From positions 1,258-65,257 of the forward strand of contig QMXD01000001.1 of assembly GCA_003661965.1 (NCBI GenBank): a DNA stretch of 64,000 nucleotides. Direction: 5' to 3'. Of this stretch, positions 27,896 to 36,456 are shown in pieces. The DNA is from Candidatus Hecatellales archaeon. Its GTDB lineage: Archaea > Thermoproteota > Bathyarchaeia > Hecatellales > Hecatellaceae. The translations under genes were made by a program, and so were the position numbers. Each line of letters starts with the position of its first letter. Within the stretch, counting starts at the first letter, position 1. Under the pieces are notes generated by a model. The model was not told where the DNA came from. It worked only from the letters and a program-made list of their open reading frames with translations, and did not search any database.

Positions 27896-28291
27896 TTAAC
27901 TAAAGCATTTGTTAAGCTTGTAAAGGGTTTCTAAAACCTTGTTTATGTTTAACGTTATTGTTGTTGGGTTGTTTTTTGTTAGGTTGGATAAGGTTTTTGT
28001 GTAGGTTGGTGTTACCCCTATTATTCTTTTCAGAAAATTTTCGTAGGATAGGGCTTTTTCTTTAAAGTCTTCTGGAAGCTCATTAAAAACCTCGTAGTTT
28101 TTTATGGACATGTTTGTTAAGCTTAAAAATTTTTTTGAGAGGTTTTCTTTGCTTGTTTTTGTTTGGAACCTTATTTTTAGGGTTGGGTTAGATGGTTTTC
28201 CTGTTGCTGTTAGGGTTTGGGTGGTTGTTAGGAGTAGGGTTAAAAGTATGGTTATGGTTAAGCTTAAAGCCAAAAATTTTTGTTTATTCAC
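27896..28291 (-). CDS. Hypothetical secreted/membrane-anchored protein
   Basis: N-terminal hydrophobic signal-like segment, Thr-rich linker. Confidence 0.35.
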   Translation of the reverse strand: MNKQKFLALSLTITILLTLLLTTTQTLTATGKPSNPTLKIRFQTKTSKENLSKKFLSLTNMSIKNYEVFNELPEDFKEKALSYENFLKRIIGVTPTYTKTLSNLTKNNPTTITLNINKVLETLYKLNKCFS

Positions 28292-28476
28292 CTTATCAAA
28301 CCCTAATTCCAGATTGATTTAAACCTGATTTTTTTAGGATTATGGTGTGATTCGTGGCAAAAATACTTTGTCAACAAAAAAATTGTTAACGTTTCCAGAT
28401 TCAGATTTAAACAAAAACTTTAGGTTAAAGTTTAAGGAAGACCGTTCACCAAATATTTTTAGCTTGGTGAAATGTT

Positions 28477-28911
28477 ATGGTTGAAAAGAAGTTTGAGTTT
28501 TTGGAGCATGTAAGCGACATTTATGTTGCGGCATACGGGGAAAACCTAGAAGAAGCTTTTGAAAACGTGGCTTTAGCCATGTTTGAATCTATGACAAACC
28601 TTAAAAACGTAGAGTCAAAGGTTAAGGTTGACTTTGTTGTTGAAGGTGAAGATAAAGGTTCACTACTCTACAACTGGCTTGAAGAACTTTTAGTCAAATT
28701 TGAGGTTGAAAACATTCTTTTCTCAAAGTTTAAGGTCCACAAAATTAAGAAGCTTAACGGTAGGTGGAGACTTGAGGGTGAAGCTTTAGGAGAACCCTAC
28801 AACCCAGAAAAACATGTTTCAAAGGTTGGAATTAAAGCTGTAACCTACCATGGGATGGAAATAAAAAGGGAGGATGGAAAGGTAACAGTTAAAGTTCTTT
28901 TTGACATTTAA
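28477..28911 (+). CDS. Archease (RtcB tRNA-ligase cofactor)
   Basis: FEFLEHVSDIYVAAYGENLEEAFENVALAMFE matches the archease N-terminus. 144 aa. Confidence 0.8.
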   Translation: MVEKKFEFLEHVSDIYVAAYGENLEEAFENVALAMFESMTNLKNVESKVKVDFVVEGEDKGSLLYNWLEELLVKFEVENILFSKFKVHKIKKLNGRWRLEGEALGEPYNPEKHVSKVGIKAVTYHGMEIKREDGKVTVKVLFDI

Positions 28912-28919
28912 AGGGAGGG

Positions 28920-29023
28920 TTGTCAGAGAGTGTGCCTTTCATCAACCCTTGTGCATGACACTGCAATGCAGTGCATTACACGTTTTAAAGGGTTTTTCAG
29001 TTTCGTCGCCACTCATCATCCAA
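28920..29023 (-). ncRNA. Candidate C/D-box sRNA (2'-O-methylation guide) with unusually long internal hairpin-containing spacer
   Basis: Minus strand: C box AUGAUGA (plus 29013-29019), an exact 12-nt guide, D' CUGA (28997-29000), then a 52-nt spacer. The spacer contains the perfect palindrome CACTGCAATGCAGTG (28959-28973). Then C' UGAUGA (28939-28944), an exact 12-nt guide, D box CUGA (28923-28926). A short terminal stem (UUG/CAA) flanks the element. Confidence 0.45.
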
Positions 29024-29072
29024 AATATAAATTTGTGGGGTTTGGGTTTTAAAGTTTGGGGGGTATTTTCTT

Positions 29073-29831
29073 TTGTTTGATGGTTCTGGTAGGGGTTGGA
29101 GGAGGAAAATTATTTTTCAGCCTATAGTTTTACCTCATTTTGTGGTTTTGGCTTTTTTAGCCTTCTTTTTCTTTCCTTCTTTCTTGTTTTTTTTGGGTCC
29201 TGTTTTTAGGTATGGTTTGGGTCTTCCGTGGTTTTTGGTTGTTTTGGTTGTTTGGTTTTCTTTGCTTGGTGGGGCTGTAAATTTTCCTGTTAAGGAGTTT
29301 GTTTCTGAAAGTCCTGTGATTGTTTCACGTGAGGTTTCTTTTTTTGGTTTTAGGTGGGTTGTTCCTGAGGTTGTTGAGAGGCAGAAAACTGTTTTGGCTG
29401 TTAATCTTGGTGGGGCTATAATTCCTATACTTGTATCCGCCTATCTTTTAGCCTACAGTATTCCCACGTTAGACCCGAATCCTTTTTTTGCCTACCTTAA
29501 AATTGTTGTTGTTACTTTTGTTGTTGCTGTGGTGGCTAAAAAAATGTCTAGGGTTATTCCAAGTTTGGGTATTGCTCTTCCAGGTTTTGTTCCACCAATT
29601 TTAACGGTTACTCTTACGTTGGCTGTTTTCCCCATCTATGTTTTAAACAACCCATATTTTATAGGGTATGTTTCTGGAACTATTGGAACTCTTATTGGTG
29701 CTGACATTTTAAACCTTGATAAGGTGGTTAAGGTTGGTGCTCCACTTGTAAGTATTGGTGGTGCTGGAACCTTTGACGGAATATATTTAACAGGAGTTAT
29801 ATCCGTGCTTCTTCTACTTCTTCTAGTTTAG
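29073..29831 (+). CDS. Polytopic membrane protein (DUF1614-like?), function unknown
   Basis: Multiple TM helices; Gly-rich C-terminal segment. Confidence 0.4.
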   Translation: MFDGSGRGWRRKIIFQPIVLPHFVVLAFLAFFFFPSFLFFLGPVFRYGLGLPWFLVVLVVWFSLLGGAVNFPVKEFVSESPVIVSREVSFFGFRWVVPEVVERQKTVLAVNLGGAIIPILVSAYLLAYSIPTLDPNPFFAYLKIVVVTFVVAVVAKKMSRVIPSLGIALPGFVPPILTVTLTLAVFPIYVLNNPYFIGYVSGTIGTLIGADILNLDKVVKVGAPLVSIGGAGTFDGIYLTGVISVLLLLLLV

Positions 29832-29876
29832 CTTTAACCCATCCTAAAACTTATAAGGCTTTAAAATTGTAGGGGG

Positions 29877-30080
29877 ATGGAGGCTATGAAACATAAACAT
29901 GTGGTTAAGGTTTCAAACTACCCTGAAAACGAAGCCTTTATCTACTGTCCAAAAAAGAATCTTTTTGCTCTTATTAGGTTAGGTTTCCCCTTAACATGCC
30001 CAGTTTGTGGTGAAACTTTTAAGGCGAAAAACGAGATAAAAATTGTTTTAAGACAAAACCTTAAAGACTTCAAGTTTTAA
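29877..30080 (+). CDS. Small zinc-finger protein
   Basis: CP....CPVCG pair, 67 aa. Confidence 0.35.
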   Translation: MEAMKHKHVVKVSNYPENEAFIYCPKKNLFALIRLGFPLTCPVCGETFKAKNEIKIVLRQNLKDFKF

Positions 30081-30151
30081 AGGCTAGTTTTAGCCTTTAC
30101 CCTAAACCTAAAAATATTAAAAAATTTTTGGGCTTAAATTTTTTTGGGTTT

Positions 30152-30481
30152 TTAGAGGTATGCTGGAAGCATCGTTATAATGAAGATTGCTACTATAAGT
30201 GCATAGATGGCGATTGCCTCAATAAACACGATGAAGATGAAGAATCTACCTATAATTTCAGGTCTTTCAGCACCAGCAGCAGCAATAGCTGAGGTAGCCA
30301 TACCAAGACCAAAAGCAGCAGCAAGACCTGGTATAGCAATAGCTATAGCTGCACCTAAGGCTACCATCCCTAACGCTTGAGAGTCTGCTCCAGCAGCGTT
30401 TGCAAAGGTGAAGGTTGCACCTACACCTATGAAGAATGCTAGGGTTGCTGTTAATAGGAGAATTTTAAGTTTTGTCTCCAA
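30152..30481 (-). CDS. atpK: V-type ATP synthase subunit K (proteolipid c)
   Basis: Two-hairpin proteolipid with conserved Glu (GAAIAIAIPGLAAAFGLGMATSAIAAAGAERPE). Confidence 0.85.
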   Translation of the reverse strand: METKLKILLLTATLAFFIGVGATFTFANAAGADSQALGMVALGAAIAIAIPGLAAAFGLGMATSAIAAAGAERPEIIGRFFIFIVFIEAIAIYALIVAIFIITMLPAYL

Positions 30482-30562
30482 TCATCTCCACCCATGCTAG
30501 TTTTGGTTGATGGTTTAACTGTTTGTGTTATACGTGATTTAAAACTTTCGGTTAAAAAGATT

Positions 30563-31645
30563 TTAGATTGGGTGTGGTGGTTGATGGAGAACAAGCGAAT
30601 ACTCTATTTTGTCTGCTGGAAGACCAAAATATTTTCCTGTTAGGATTGATATAAGGTCTTTAACCTCATACATTTTTAGGTATAGGTAGGCTAAAGCCTC
30701 CCCAAAATGGAAGAAAGGCTGGAAAAATATCCTTTCACACTCTTTTGCATGGTAACGTTTTAATGCAACCTCAAGAAGTGATAGGTCTCTTCTAACCTCA
30801 TATCCGCTTAAAAGTGGTGAAACAACATCCACATATTCTCCTGAAGCAAAAACCTTTAATGCGTCAGCATCGTTTGAAGCTGTAACAGCCCTTTTAACCT
30901 CCTTATCCTTCAACATGTAAAAAATAGGGATAAGAAAAGTCTCAATCTCGTCAGGTTTAAACTCAAGCTTTTTCAACCTTAAAACAGCCATAATGTTTAA
31001 CGTGTCAATAGTGATACCAACAAGCTTAACAGCAAGCCTATCTCTCCCCTTTAACCTTAAAAGCTTCTCCCAAACCCTCTCCAACGCATACCTGTTTAAA
31101 GCTAATTCAACCATGTTTGCCTGTAAAATTGGGTCTTCAACCTCTCCAACAATTTTTTCAACTTCTTTTATGAGGTTTTCATCCTCAATAAACCCAAAAA
31201 CATTTTTAACGTTTTTTTCCTCGATAAGCCTTTTACACGTTGAACTATCCAACCTGCCAAACGGAACCGTATATTCTAAGGCTTTCTCCCATCCAACACC
31301 AAGAACTATCGACCTAAATATTGAGGCTAAGGTTTTAAACTCGAAAAGACGGTTAAACTCACGGAAAAACTCTATGGCTCTCCTATTTTTTAGCTTTGAA
31401 AGAATAAAGTTAAAGTCGTCTAGGTATGCTTTAGTCAAGTTTTCTTCAGCCTTTCCAAGGTTAAACTCCTCTATTAGCATCTGGGAAATATAGGGTTGAT
31501 ATCTTGTCCCCTCAAGTCTTCTTAGGGCTGTTTGAATGTTTTCAGCACTAACCATAGCATCATAGTCGCTTTTCACAAGCATAAAAGACTTTTTTCCTCT
31601 AACCCTTACGGTTAATTCACCATACTCATAGATGGATTTTATCAC
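30563..31645 (-). CDS. atpC: V-type ATP synthase subunit C (V0 d)
   Basis: 360 aa; N-terminal EYGELTVRVRGKKSFML resembles the YGYxNARVRAMKSxLL signature; located between I and K. Confidence 0.55.
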   Translation of the reverse strand: MIKSIYEYGELTVRVRGKKSFMLVKSDYDAMVSAENIQTALRRLEGTRYQPYISQMLIEEFNLGKAEENLTKAYLDDFNFILSKLKNRRAIEFFREFNRLFEFKTLASIFRSIVLGVGWEKALEYTVPFGRLDSSTCKRLIEEKNVKNVFGFIEDENLIKEVEKIVGEVEDPILQANMVELALNRYALERVWEKLLRLKGRDRLAVKLVGITIDTLNIMAVLRLKKLEFKPDEIETFLIPIFYMLKDKEVKRAVTASNDADALKVFASGEYVDVVSPLLSGYEVRRDLSLLEVALKRYHAKECERIFFQPFFHFGEALAYLYLKMYEVKDLISILTGKYFGLPADKIEYSLVLHQPPHPI

Positions 31646-31845
31646 TTCCTTTTTACCTCCGCATACCTTAATATTCTATTTGAAAAACGTATAAGTATAA
31701 ATGTTCCAAAAGCAAAACCTGAAAAAGTCCATAGGAACGCAATCAAACATGCAATGTTTAGGGGAAGCCTAAAAGTCAAAGAAACATATATGCTTGAAAA
31801 AAGACCTAAAAAAACAAAAGCAGGTAAAATTAACCCCAAAACCAT
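31642..31845 (-). CDS. Possible small 2-TM membrane protein
   Basis: The ORF track gives 31642-32031, overlapping atpI out of frame. The internal Met (MVLGLILPAFVFLGLF) would give ~67 aa with two hydrophobic helices. Confidence 0.25.
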   Translation of the reverse strand: MVLGLILPAFVFLGLFSSIYVSLTFRLPLNIACLIAFLWTFSGFAFGTFILIRFSNRILRYAEVKRK

Positions 31846-31915
31846 AATCTTTTTTAAGGAATACCCTTGAATATCAGCAGGTTTTGGAGGTATAAGCCTC
31901 CGAAAAAAATCTTTT

Positions 31916-34450
31916 TTAAACCTTAGCAACAGTAAACCTCCTTCTAATGGTAAAACCTTCGAATGGGATACCATCCCCCTTATAAAACTTGCTAAACCAT
32001 TCAACCCAGTGAAGCCTAAGAGTATGGGCAAAAGTCAGCATACCCTCCAAAGCAATAATCATAAACAGTGTAACCATCAATAGGACAACCCAAAACATTG
32101 CAGGATTACCTGTCCCCATCAAACCTAACTCGCTAAATAGGGCGTGGGTTACACCCAAAGCCAAAATTCGTGCATAGGAAAACGTGTTTGAAAGAGACTC
32201 TATAGTTTTTGTTACAGCCTCAGAAAAAGCCTCCATAAAGTCTCCAACAGCAAACTTATGAAGCACAAGCATACCAACAAAAGGCACTATAAAAAACATT
32301 AGAATAAGGTTTTCAGCAGGAGGCTTAAACACAGAACCTATAACCTCAACCGGAGTTTTACCGTTTGGAATTATCGGTAAACCCGGAGACATCACAAGCA
32401 GGAATAGGTAGATTAGGCTTCCATAAAACCAAAGCCAAGAAGCTGGTGCTATAGCCTCCCTATACTCCCTTAGCCTAACCTTGTTAATAAGGTCCAAAAC
32501 TATTCCAAAGGTAAGATGAATCATACCAACAAACAACGCTACCTCAAAAAAGTAGATTAGATTCTCAGTTGGACTAAACCATATTGGGCCTTCTAACCCT
32601 GTAAGCTGAGAATACCATGCTGGAGGAACAACTCCACCATGTTCAACAGCATGCCTAATATACTCATAGTTTGTTGGACCGAAAAGCTCACCATACATAA
32701 AACCAAAAAACGTTGCTGTTATCCCACATGCAACTATAAGGTTTCTACCCTGACGAATCGGATCCCAAATCTCACCTTTAAGGTTAAACTTATCCCAAAT
32801 CTTGTTTAAAAGCAATCCTCCAATAAGCAAAATTAACCCATGACCAACATCACCAAACATCAAACCAAACAGTATCGGAAAAGTTATTAACGTGATAACC
32901 GTAGGGTCAAGCTCATGGTAGTTTGGAAACCCATAAGCCGCAACAAGCTTTTCAAAAGGCCATGCTATCTTAGGGTTTTCCATTTTGGTTGGCGGCTTGT
33001 CCCCCTCCTCCTCTTTCTCCTCAACGTTTACAACTGCTGTTGGACATGTCTCCCTTATAGCCTTCACAGCCCTATCAACATCAGATTTTCTAACCCAAAC
33101 CTCAAAAATACATGTTTTACCTGTTTGCCTAAACTTTTTGTAGAGGTTTTCTATTGTAAGCTCAATTTCAACAATCTCGTTGTAGGCATGAATATGGTCA
33201 GCCTTTTTAGCTATTTCAACAACCCTTTCTTTTAGTTTCGTAGGCTCCTTTGTAAGCTCCTGAATCCTATTCTCCATAGCCAAAATGTTAAAAGCTCTTT
33301 CAACGGTTTCAAGGTGTCTAAGTGGAAGTTTAGCTAAAAGTGTTTTACTCTCCTCAAAAACAGTTTTTATGGATTCAACATCTCCCCCACGGGCTTCCTC
33401 TATAAGCCTTCTAACAGAATCCAAAGTCAAATATTTTTCAGCGTTTTCAAGAACCTCAAACCCTCTACGTATCTCATAAACCAAACCTGAAACTTTCCCT
33501 GTTAACTCCTCAACCTTAGGTGAACCTAAACTTAAAACTTCAACTTCTCCTACAAGGTTTAAGGCTTGTTTAAGGCTTAAACTGAAACCTTCACCAAGAA
33601 GACTAACAATCTCACCTGTTAACTCCTTTTCAACCTTTTCAACCTTTTCTTTGAGTTGGCTGGTTTTAGCCTTTAACTCCCTAATTTTTTCTATAGCCTC
33701 AACCTTCCTTCTAACAACCTCTTTTATCTCGTTAAGCATAGCCTCAACTCTACCTATCTCCTCAGCAGCCTCAGGAATATCCTTTTTAACCATCTGGTTG
33801 ACTGCTAAAGTTTTTTCTAGGTCTTCACCAATTTTTTCTATTTCTTTTTCATCGTTTGGGATTGGCATATAGCTTGAAGCCATTTTTCCAGCGGTATCTA
33901 TAAGGGCAAGGTTTCTCTGGATTTCAACCAAATCCTCGTAGAGGCTTCTAATACTATCCTTAACCTCTAAAGCTTTAAGGGGTATTTTTGGTAGGGTTGT
34001 AAGGTCAACCTTGTTTTCAGCCAAAAACCTTTTAACGTTTTCATATTCCTCGTATAGTTGGCGAACATCCCTTTCAAGGGAGGCTTTTTCCTCATTAAGC
34101 TCCTTCACCATATTCTCTATTTTTGCATATTCAACCTCTAGGCTTGCTACCTTCTCCTCAATTTCCTTTAAAACCTTTTCAGGCTCCTCTTCAACAGGTA
34201 TAGGGTTTGGATATGGAACATTTTCAAGCTTTTTTATTAGGTTGTTTATCCTGTTTGAAAGCTGGAGAAGAAAGTTTTCTCTTTCAATTCTTCTTACTTC
34301 TCCAGCAACATCCCCATACTTTTTTTGTTTTGTTTTTGCAACATCTATAAAGTGGGCGATTCCTAGGTTTCCTATACCCCTAACAATTTTGTCAACCTTA
34401 TCTATGGGAGCTACAACTTCAACCCTAACCATCCTTACTGGCTGTAGCAC
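31916..34450 (-). CDS. atpI: V-type ATP synthase subunit I (V0 a), long form
   Basis: 844 aa. The N-terminal ~470 aa is coiled-coil-rich cytoplasmic domain. The C-terminal ~350 aa has multiple TM helices with a conserved Arg-containing helix. Confidence 0.75.
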   Translation of the reverse strand: MLQPVRMVRVEVVAPIDKVDKIVRGIGNLGIAHFIDVAKTKQKKYGDVAGEVRRIERENFLLQLSNRINNLIKKLENVPYPNPIPVEEEPEKVLKEIEEKVASLEVEYAKIENMVKELNEEKASLERDVRQLYEEYENVKRFLAENKVDLTTLPKIPLKALEVKDSIRSLYEDLVEIQRNLALIDTAGKMASSYMPIPNDEKEIEKIGEDLEKTLAVNQMVKKDIPEAAEEIGRVEAMLNEIKEVVRRKVEAIEKIRELKAKTSQLKEKVEKVEKELTGEIVSLLGEGFSLSLKQALNLVGEVEVLSLGSPKVEELTGKVSGLVYEIRRGFEVLENAEKYLTLDSVRRLIEEARGGDVESIKTVFEESKTLLAKLPLRHLETVERAFNILAMENRIQELTKEPTKLKERVVEIAKKADHIHAYNEIVEIELTIENLYKKFRQTGKTCIFEVWVRKSDVDRAVKAIRETCPTAVVNVEEKEEEGDKPPTKMENPKIAWPFEKLVAAYGFPNYHELDPTVITLITFPILFGLMFGDVGHGLILLIGGLLLNKIWDKFNLKGEIWDPIRQGRNLIVACGITATFFGFMYGELFGPTNYEYIRHAVEHGGVVPPAWYSQLTGLEGPIWFSPTENLIYFFEVALFVGMIHLTFGIVLDLINKVRLREYREAIAPASWLWFYGSLIYLFLLVMSPGLPIIPNGKTPVEVIGSVFKPPAENLILMFFIVPFVGMLVLHKFAVGDFMEAFSEAVTKTIESLSNTFSYARILALGVTHALFSELGLMGTGNPAMFWVVLLMVTLFMIIALEGMLTFAHTLRLHWVEWFSKFYKGDGIPFEGFTIRRRFTVAKV

Positions 34451-34505
34451 AAAACATCCCCTAGAAGCTTTGATTAGGGAATATTTTTTAAAAGCCTTAT
34501 AAGCC

Positions 34506-35714
34506 TTACCACAGGAAAGATTTTAAGGCAAACTTTGAAAGTCCAAGCAAAAGTTTTGGCTCTTTAACCATCAACCCAAAAACCTTAACTTGGCTTTGGG
34601 AAGAACATTCCTTTTCAACCTTAGCCAAAAACTTTTTATTTTCACCAACAAGCCTAAACAAACCATCCAACTCGTCATCAGAAAACCTATCAAGAAGTCT
34701 ACGTATAAAGGAGGTAAATTTTAGCCTCCAACCGTAGCTTCTCCAAAAAGCCTTCTCATAAAACCTTAAAGCCCCATATTTTCCACTCTCCAAAAAGTTT
34801 GAGATAGCTTCCCCAGCCAAATCCGAAGCCTTTAAACCAAAATATATACCACCACCAGTTGTAGACTTAACCTGTCCAGCAGAATCACCAACCAAAACAA
34901 TCCTCCCAAAAACAAGCCTTTTTAATGGACCATGAATAGGAATAAACCCTCCAAAAACCTTTAACACTTTCCCCTCCCGAGTTTTCCTAAAAATTTCCTT
35001 GTTAAGTTTTAAGGCTTTTTTAAGATGGTAGGCTGGAGACCTTAAGGTTAAGTCTTTGTTTACACATAATCCAACCCTTGCTTTCCCATCCCCCAACGGT
35101 ATAATCCAGCCAAAAAAACCTGGAAAAAATTTTTCTCCAAAATAGAGTTCAACAAACTCTTCATGGTTAAAGTTAACATTATCCATCTCGTATTGGAGAC
35201 CCTTCAAATATTTTATGTTTCTCCATAAACCAGCCTTTTTAGCTATTATGGGATTCCAACCTTCAGCATCAACCAAAACCCTTGTTTTAACCTCAAACTT
35301 TTCATCTCCACGTTTTAGCTTAACAGTATACCATAACCTATTCTCACCCTCAAAACCGTAACATTTTGTTTTTAAACTTAAAACCGCCCCAACATTAGAA
35401 GCCTCCTCAGCCATCCTAAAGTCTAAAATTTCCCTATCAACAATATACGAGTCAATACTCCGCCTTAAAACCTTAAACATATAACCTTTAGGAGAGTAAA
35501 AGTAGGCTCCCCTAACCCTACCAACAATCGCCTCCCTTGGAAGATTAAACTCTTTAAAGGCTTCAACATAAATTTTCCCTGCACAATGTGAAGGTTTACC
35601 TGGAACCTTATGCTCCTCAACAAGCAAAGTTTTCCAGCCTTTTTTCGCTGTTAAATATGCAACCCTAGAACCTATAGGACCTGCCCCAACCACAACAACA
35701 TCATAAGACTTCAA
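34506..35714 (-). CDS. Geranylgeranyl reductase-family FAD-dependent oxidoreductase (archaeal lipid saturation)
   Basis: N-terminal YDVVVVGAGPIGS Rossmann motif. ~400 aa GGR family. Confidence 0.75.
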   Translation of the reverse strand: MKSYDVVVVGAGPIGSRVAYLTAKKGWKTLLVEEHKVPGKPSHCAGKIYVEAFKEFNLPREAIVGRVRGAYFYSPKGYMFKVLRRSIDSYIVDREILDFRMAEEASNVGAVLSLKTKCYGFEGENRLWYTVKLKRGDEKFEVKTRVLVDAEGWNPIIAKKAGLWRNIKYLKGLQYEMDNVNFNHEEFVELYFGEKFFPGFFGWIIPLGDGKARVGLCVNKDLTLRSPAYHLKKALKLNKEIFRKTREGKVLKVFGGFIPIHGPLKRLVFGRIVLVGDSAGQVKSTTGGGIYFGLKASDLAGEAISNFLESGKYGALRFYEKAFWRSYGWRLKFTSFIRRLLDRFSDDELDGLFRLVGENKKFLAKVEKECSSQSQVKVFGLMVKEPKLLLGLSKFALKSFLW

Positions 35715-35735
35715 ACAAACCCCAACCGAAAAGCC

Positions 35736-36332
35736 TCAAAGAATCATGTAGTGTTTTAAGCCTTCGACAATAAAGCCTATAGCTATAGCAGCTATAAATA
35801 TAGCCATAACCCTTGCAATCACAGCAGAACCTGTTTTACCCAAAAAGTTGTGGATAGGGTCTATAAAGTAGAAGACAAGCCAAACAATAAGAGAAATAAC
35901 AAAAACAGATAGAATGGTAACAACTAAACCTGAAGTTTGAAGAATTAGTATGGTTGTGGTTATTGCGCCAGGACCTGCAAGCAAGGGACATGCTATCGGC
36001 ACCGCTCCAACACTTTCAGGTGAGATAGCTCTCTCCTCCCAACCTCCAAAAACAAGAATTTTAATGGCTATAACCATCAGCAAGATTCCCCCAGCAACCA
36101 TAAAACTATAAATTGAAATCCCAAAAACCGATAGTAGTTGTTGTCCAAGAACAGCAAAAACCATTAAAAGAACAAAAGAAACAATAACAGCCACACGAAA
36201 AGTTTTTCTTCTTTCAGCAGGACTCATGTTCTCGGTTAAACTTATAAAGATTGGAACATTACCTAGGGGGTCAACTATTATAAATAGGGCTATTATGGCT
36301 TTCAGGATTTCGTGGAGGGAAGGCTGAACCAA
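35736..36332 (-). CDS. MarC-family (UPF0056) integral membrane protein
   Basis: ALFIIVDPLGNVPIFISL signature, 6 TM. Confidence 0.7.
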   Translation of the reverse strand: MVQPSLHEILKAIIALFIIVDPLGNVPIFISLTENMSPAERRKTFRVAVIVSFVLLMVFAVLGQQLLSVFGISIYSFMVAGGILLMVIAIKILVFGGWEERAISPESVGAVPIACPLLAGPGAITTTILILQTSGLVVTILSVFVISLIVWLVFYFIDPIHNFLGKTGSAVIARVMAIFIAAIAIGFIVEGLKHYMIL

Positions 36333-36456
36333 AAATTTTCCCCAAACCCTAAGACTGACTATTATTTTAGGTTTAGCCTCCCAACCTTTTAGACTTTCGG
36401 TTAAAGCAATGTTTAATTAACAGATAATTCTGATAACTTAAAAGAAGCCTAAATGG

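Noticed and set aside
28292-28476. 8-bp inverted repeat TTCACCAA...TTGGTGAA just upstream of the archease start
   Set aside because: Short, single occurrence, and it overlaps the likely RBS region. It could be a minor 5'-UTR hairpin but there is no further support.
33651-34502. Ser-rich plus-strand ORFs inside atpI
   Set aside because: Antisense to a well-supported V-ATPase subunit I gene; composition typical of reverse-frame translation of K/E-rich coiled-coil coding sequence.
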